DNA of 24,000 nucleotides from positions 109,257 to 133,256 of the forward strand of contig DACH01000016.1 in assembly GCA_002494625.1 (NCBI GenBank). Direction: 5' to 3'. This document shows, piece by piece, positions 22,156 to 24,000 of the stretch. A model generated the notes under the pieces. The model had not been told where the DNA came from. It did not search any database and worked only from the letters and a program-made list of their open reading frames with translations. The stretch comes from Archaeoglobus sp. UBA234 (GTDB lineage: Archaea; Halobacteriota; Archaeoglobi; Archaeoglobales; Archaeoglobaceae). Position numbers and translations under genes: made by a program. Position 1 is the first letter of the stretch. Each line of letters begins with the position of its first letter.

Positions 22156-24000
22156 GTGCTGGAAGTGGAAGATGCCAAAAACGGACCTAAAAAACGTAAT
22201 GTTAAAAGGAAAGACGAAATCATCAAAGAACTAGAGAAGGAAATAGAGACTCTAAGGCATAACCTGGAGGAAAAAAAGATTGAGATTGAGCGTGAGAAAA
22301 AAGCAGCAAAACAGGCTTATAAACTGATTGAATTAATTGCAAAGGAAATCCCCTCTCCAGTATATTTTGTTTTTACCAATAAGGAGGGTAGAATAGCCTA
22401 TGCAAACACTGAAATGGCAAAACTTGCAGGATTTGACGAGGTCAGTGACATAATAGGTAAAAGACCCTCAGAGCTTTTTGCTGTTAAAGGGAAAACTATA
22501 GCTGAAATCGTTGTAGAGACTGCAGAACCAATATTAAATAAAGAAGTCCTAATAGAACTCATAAATGGGAAGAAGATGTTTGCACTCGTTTCCTGCGTTC
22601 CGCTATTCATTGATGGAGAGCTTGCTGGTTCCTTAGGAGTGTTCACGGACATCACAAGAATACATAGTCAGGCGAAGGAAATGGAAGAACTCATCAATAA
22701 GATTCCTGTACCATTACTTGTTCTGGATAAGGATCATAAAATAAGGTACTGGAATAAGGCTGTAGAGGATTTAACTGGGGTAAATGCAGAGGAGATGGTG
22801 GGTACAAACAGACAGTGGGCACCATTCTACGATTCTGAAAGGCCTGTCCTTGCAGACATAGTGATGACAAACCCAGATGATGCGCACGAGAGATATCCTA
22901 ATGTGGAAAAATCAAACCTCGTAAGTGGTGCATTGTTTGCACAGGGTGAGTTCACAATTAACGGGAAGAAGAGATACCTCAGATTCACGGCAGCACCAAT
23001 ATATGGTGAAAATGGCGAGATTACTGGAGCAGTAGAAACTCTCGAGGATATAACTGATTTGAAGGAAAGGGAGATGGAGGTTCAGAGAGTTCTCGATTTC
23101 GTAGAGAAAATCATCAGAGATATGCCCTATCCTGCATATGTTCTGTTCGTAGATAGGGAAGGCAAGATAAGATATGCCAACAATGAACTCGCAAAACTTG
23201 CAGGCTACAACCACTCTAATGAAATAGTTGGGTTGTCACCCCATGATCTTATTAAAACTGATGGTAAGAAAACTGCTGCCGAAATGGTGATGGAATCGGG
23301 TAAATCTATCATGAATCATGAAACAGTACTGAGACTTGCAAAAGTTGAAAAAGATATTCCAGCCCTCATTTCAGCTGTTCCGATTACTGATAGAGATGGT
23401 AACATAATTGGTGTGCTTGATTTGATTACCGATATAACGGAGATCAAGGAGAAAGAGAAAGAGATAGAAGAAATGCTTGCTTACACTAGTAAATGTCTGA
23501 CGATTTTAAGCAACGGAATTAAAGAGCTTCAAGCTGGAAATCTTGATGTTAGACTTGAAAAGTTGAAAGATGATGAGTTTGGTGAAACTTTCGAAGTCTT
23601 CAATGAGTTTGCGGAGAGATTATACAAGATACTTGAAGGACTTGCCAGAGATATGAAGGACGCCACGAGTCAGATTAAAGAAGCAAATGAGGCTGTAAGT
23701 CAAATGAACGCTGGAATGCAACAGATATCCTCAGCATCTCAGCAAATAGCAACTGGTTCTGAAAATCTTTCAAGACTCGCTAACAATTCAGCTTCTGATC
23801 TGAAAGCTGCTGAAGAGATATTCAGAAGTCTCGATGAGTCGGCTTCAGAATCTTCTATTTATGCCTCTGAAGTTGTGGAAGATGCTGAGAAGACCAAAGT
23901 TCTCGGTGAGAACGCACTTCGAAGACTTACAACCATGATTGATGAGATTGAAAAGTCTGCAGAGATCGTTAGCTCTCTCAATGAGGCTGTAAAGAATATT
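22156..24000 (+). CDS. Soluble methyl-accepting chemotaxis protein (coiled coil - PAS - PAS - PAS - HAMP - MA signalling domain); the 3' end lies outside the window
   Basis: It is absent from the ORF track because it has no stop inside the window. The frame is open for 615 codons from GTG 22156, which has an in-frame TAA at 22150-22152 just upstream and SD GAGGTGG 7 nt upstream. The three PAS-like units end in TDIT/EDIT/TDIT motifs. The HAMP-like segment is LQAGNLDVRLEKLKDDEFGETFEVFNEFAERL. The MCP signalling-domain start is AVSQMNAGMQQISSASQQIATGSENLSRLANNS. No TM segment was seen. Confidence 0.85.
   Translation, partial: MLEVEDAKNGPKKRNVKRKDEIIKELEKEIETLRHNLEEKKIEIEREKKAAKQAYKLIELIAKEIPSPVYFVFTNKEGRIAYANTEMAKLAGFDEVSDIIGKRPSELFAVKGKTIAEIVVETAEPILNKEVLIELINGKKMFALVSCVPLFIDGELAGSLGVFTDITRIHSQAKEMEELINKIPVPLLVLDKDHKIRYWNKAVEDLTGVNAEEMVGTNRQWAPFYDSERPVLADIVMTNPDDAHERYPNVEKSNLVSGALFAQGEFTINGKKRYLRFTAAPIYGENGEITGAVETLEDITDLKEREMEVQRVLDFVEKIIRDMPYPAYVLFVDREGKIRYANNELAKLAGYNHSNEIVGLSPHDLIKTDGKKTAAEMVMESGKSIMNHETVLRLAKVEKDIPALISAVPITDRDGNIIGVLDLITDITEIKEKEKEIEEMLAYTSKCLTILSNGIKELQAGNLDVRLEKLKDDEFGETFEVFNEFAERLYKILEGLARDMKDATSQIKEANEAVSQMNAGMQQISSASQQIATGSENLSRLANNSASDLKAAEEIFRSLDESASESSIYASEVVEDAEKTKVLGENALRRLTTMIDEIEKSAEIVSSLNEAVKNI

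Noticed and set aside
22398-23214. Minus-strand ORFs at 22398-22655 and 22912-23214.
   Set aside because: They are antisense to the long open MCP frame, which has clear PAS, HAMP and MCP motifs. They appear in the track only because the true CDS lacks a stop in the window.
1-24000. A CRISPR array, defence islands or toxin-antitoxin pairs.
   Set aside because: I saw no regularly spaced direct repeats. The only antitoxin-like (RHH) gene has no recognisable toxin partner. No nuclease- or methylase-like motifs were noticed.

Overview
This is an archaeal (euryarchaeal) chromosomal window, AT-rich by eye. Arg codons are mostly AGA/AGG and GGTGA/GGAGG-type Shine-Dalgarno sequences are common. The gene content (crotonase, AfpA-type flavoprotein, arlG-before-arlF order) fits an Archaeoglobus-like thermophile, but that assignment is only an impression. 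From 1 to about 5100 lies the distal end of the spc-type ribosomal operon and its usual followers: uS5 C-terminus (open at the window edge), L30, L15, SecY, a DUF106/YidC-like insertase, archaeal Cmk and Cbf5. From about 5100 to 11600 there is a mixed block: a stand-alone receiver, enoyl-CoA hydratase, an RHH protein plus a degenerate KaiC-like protein, an AfpA-like flavoprotein with a small ORF and a second receiver, a secreted beta-propeller lipoprotein, tRNA-Arg(UCG), and a second KaiC-like pseudo-ATPase. From 11875 to 18489 there is a complete archaellum operon (arlB, arlC/D/E-type, arlG, arlF, arlH, arlI, arlJ). It runs on, with no visible break, into an unrecognised membrane-anchored acidic protein, a sensor histidine kinase and a third stand-alone receiver (to 21514). 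A small wHTH regulator follows, then a soluble triple-PAS methyl-accepting chemotaxis protein that runs off the window and is absent from the ORF track. The most interesting points are the archaellum-linked acidic protein/kinase/receiver module, an identical inverted-repeat operator architecture in front of the wHTH and MCP genes, the two Walker-degenerate KaiC-like paralogues, and a G3:U70 pair in the tRNA-Arg. I found no CRISPR array, transposase or integrase.
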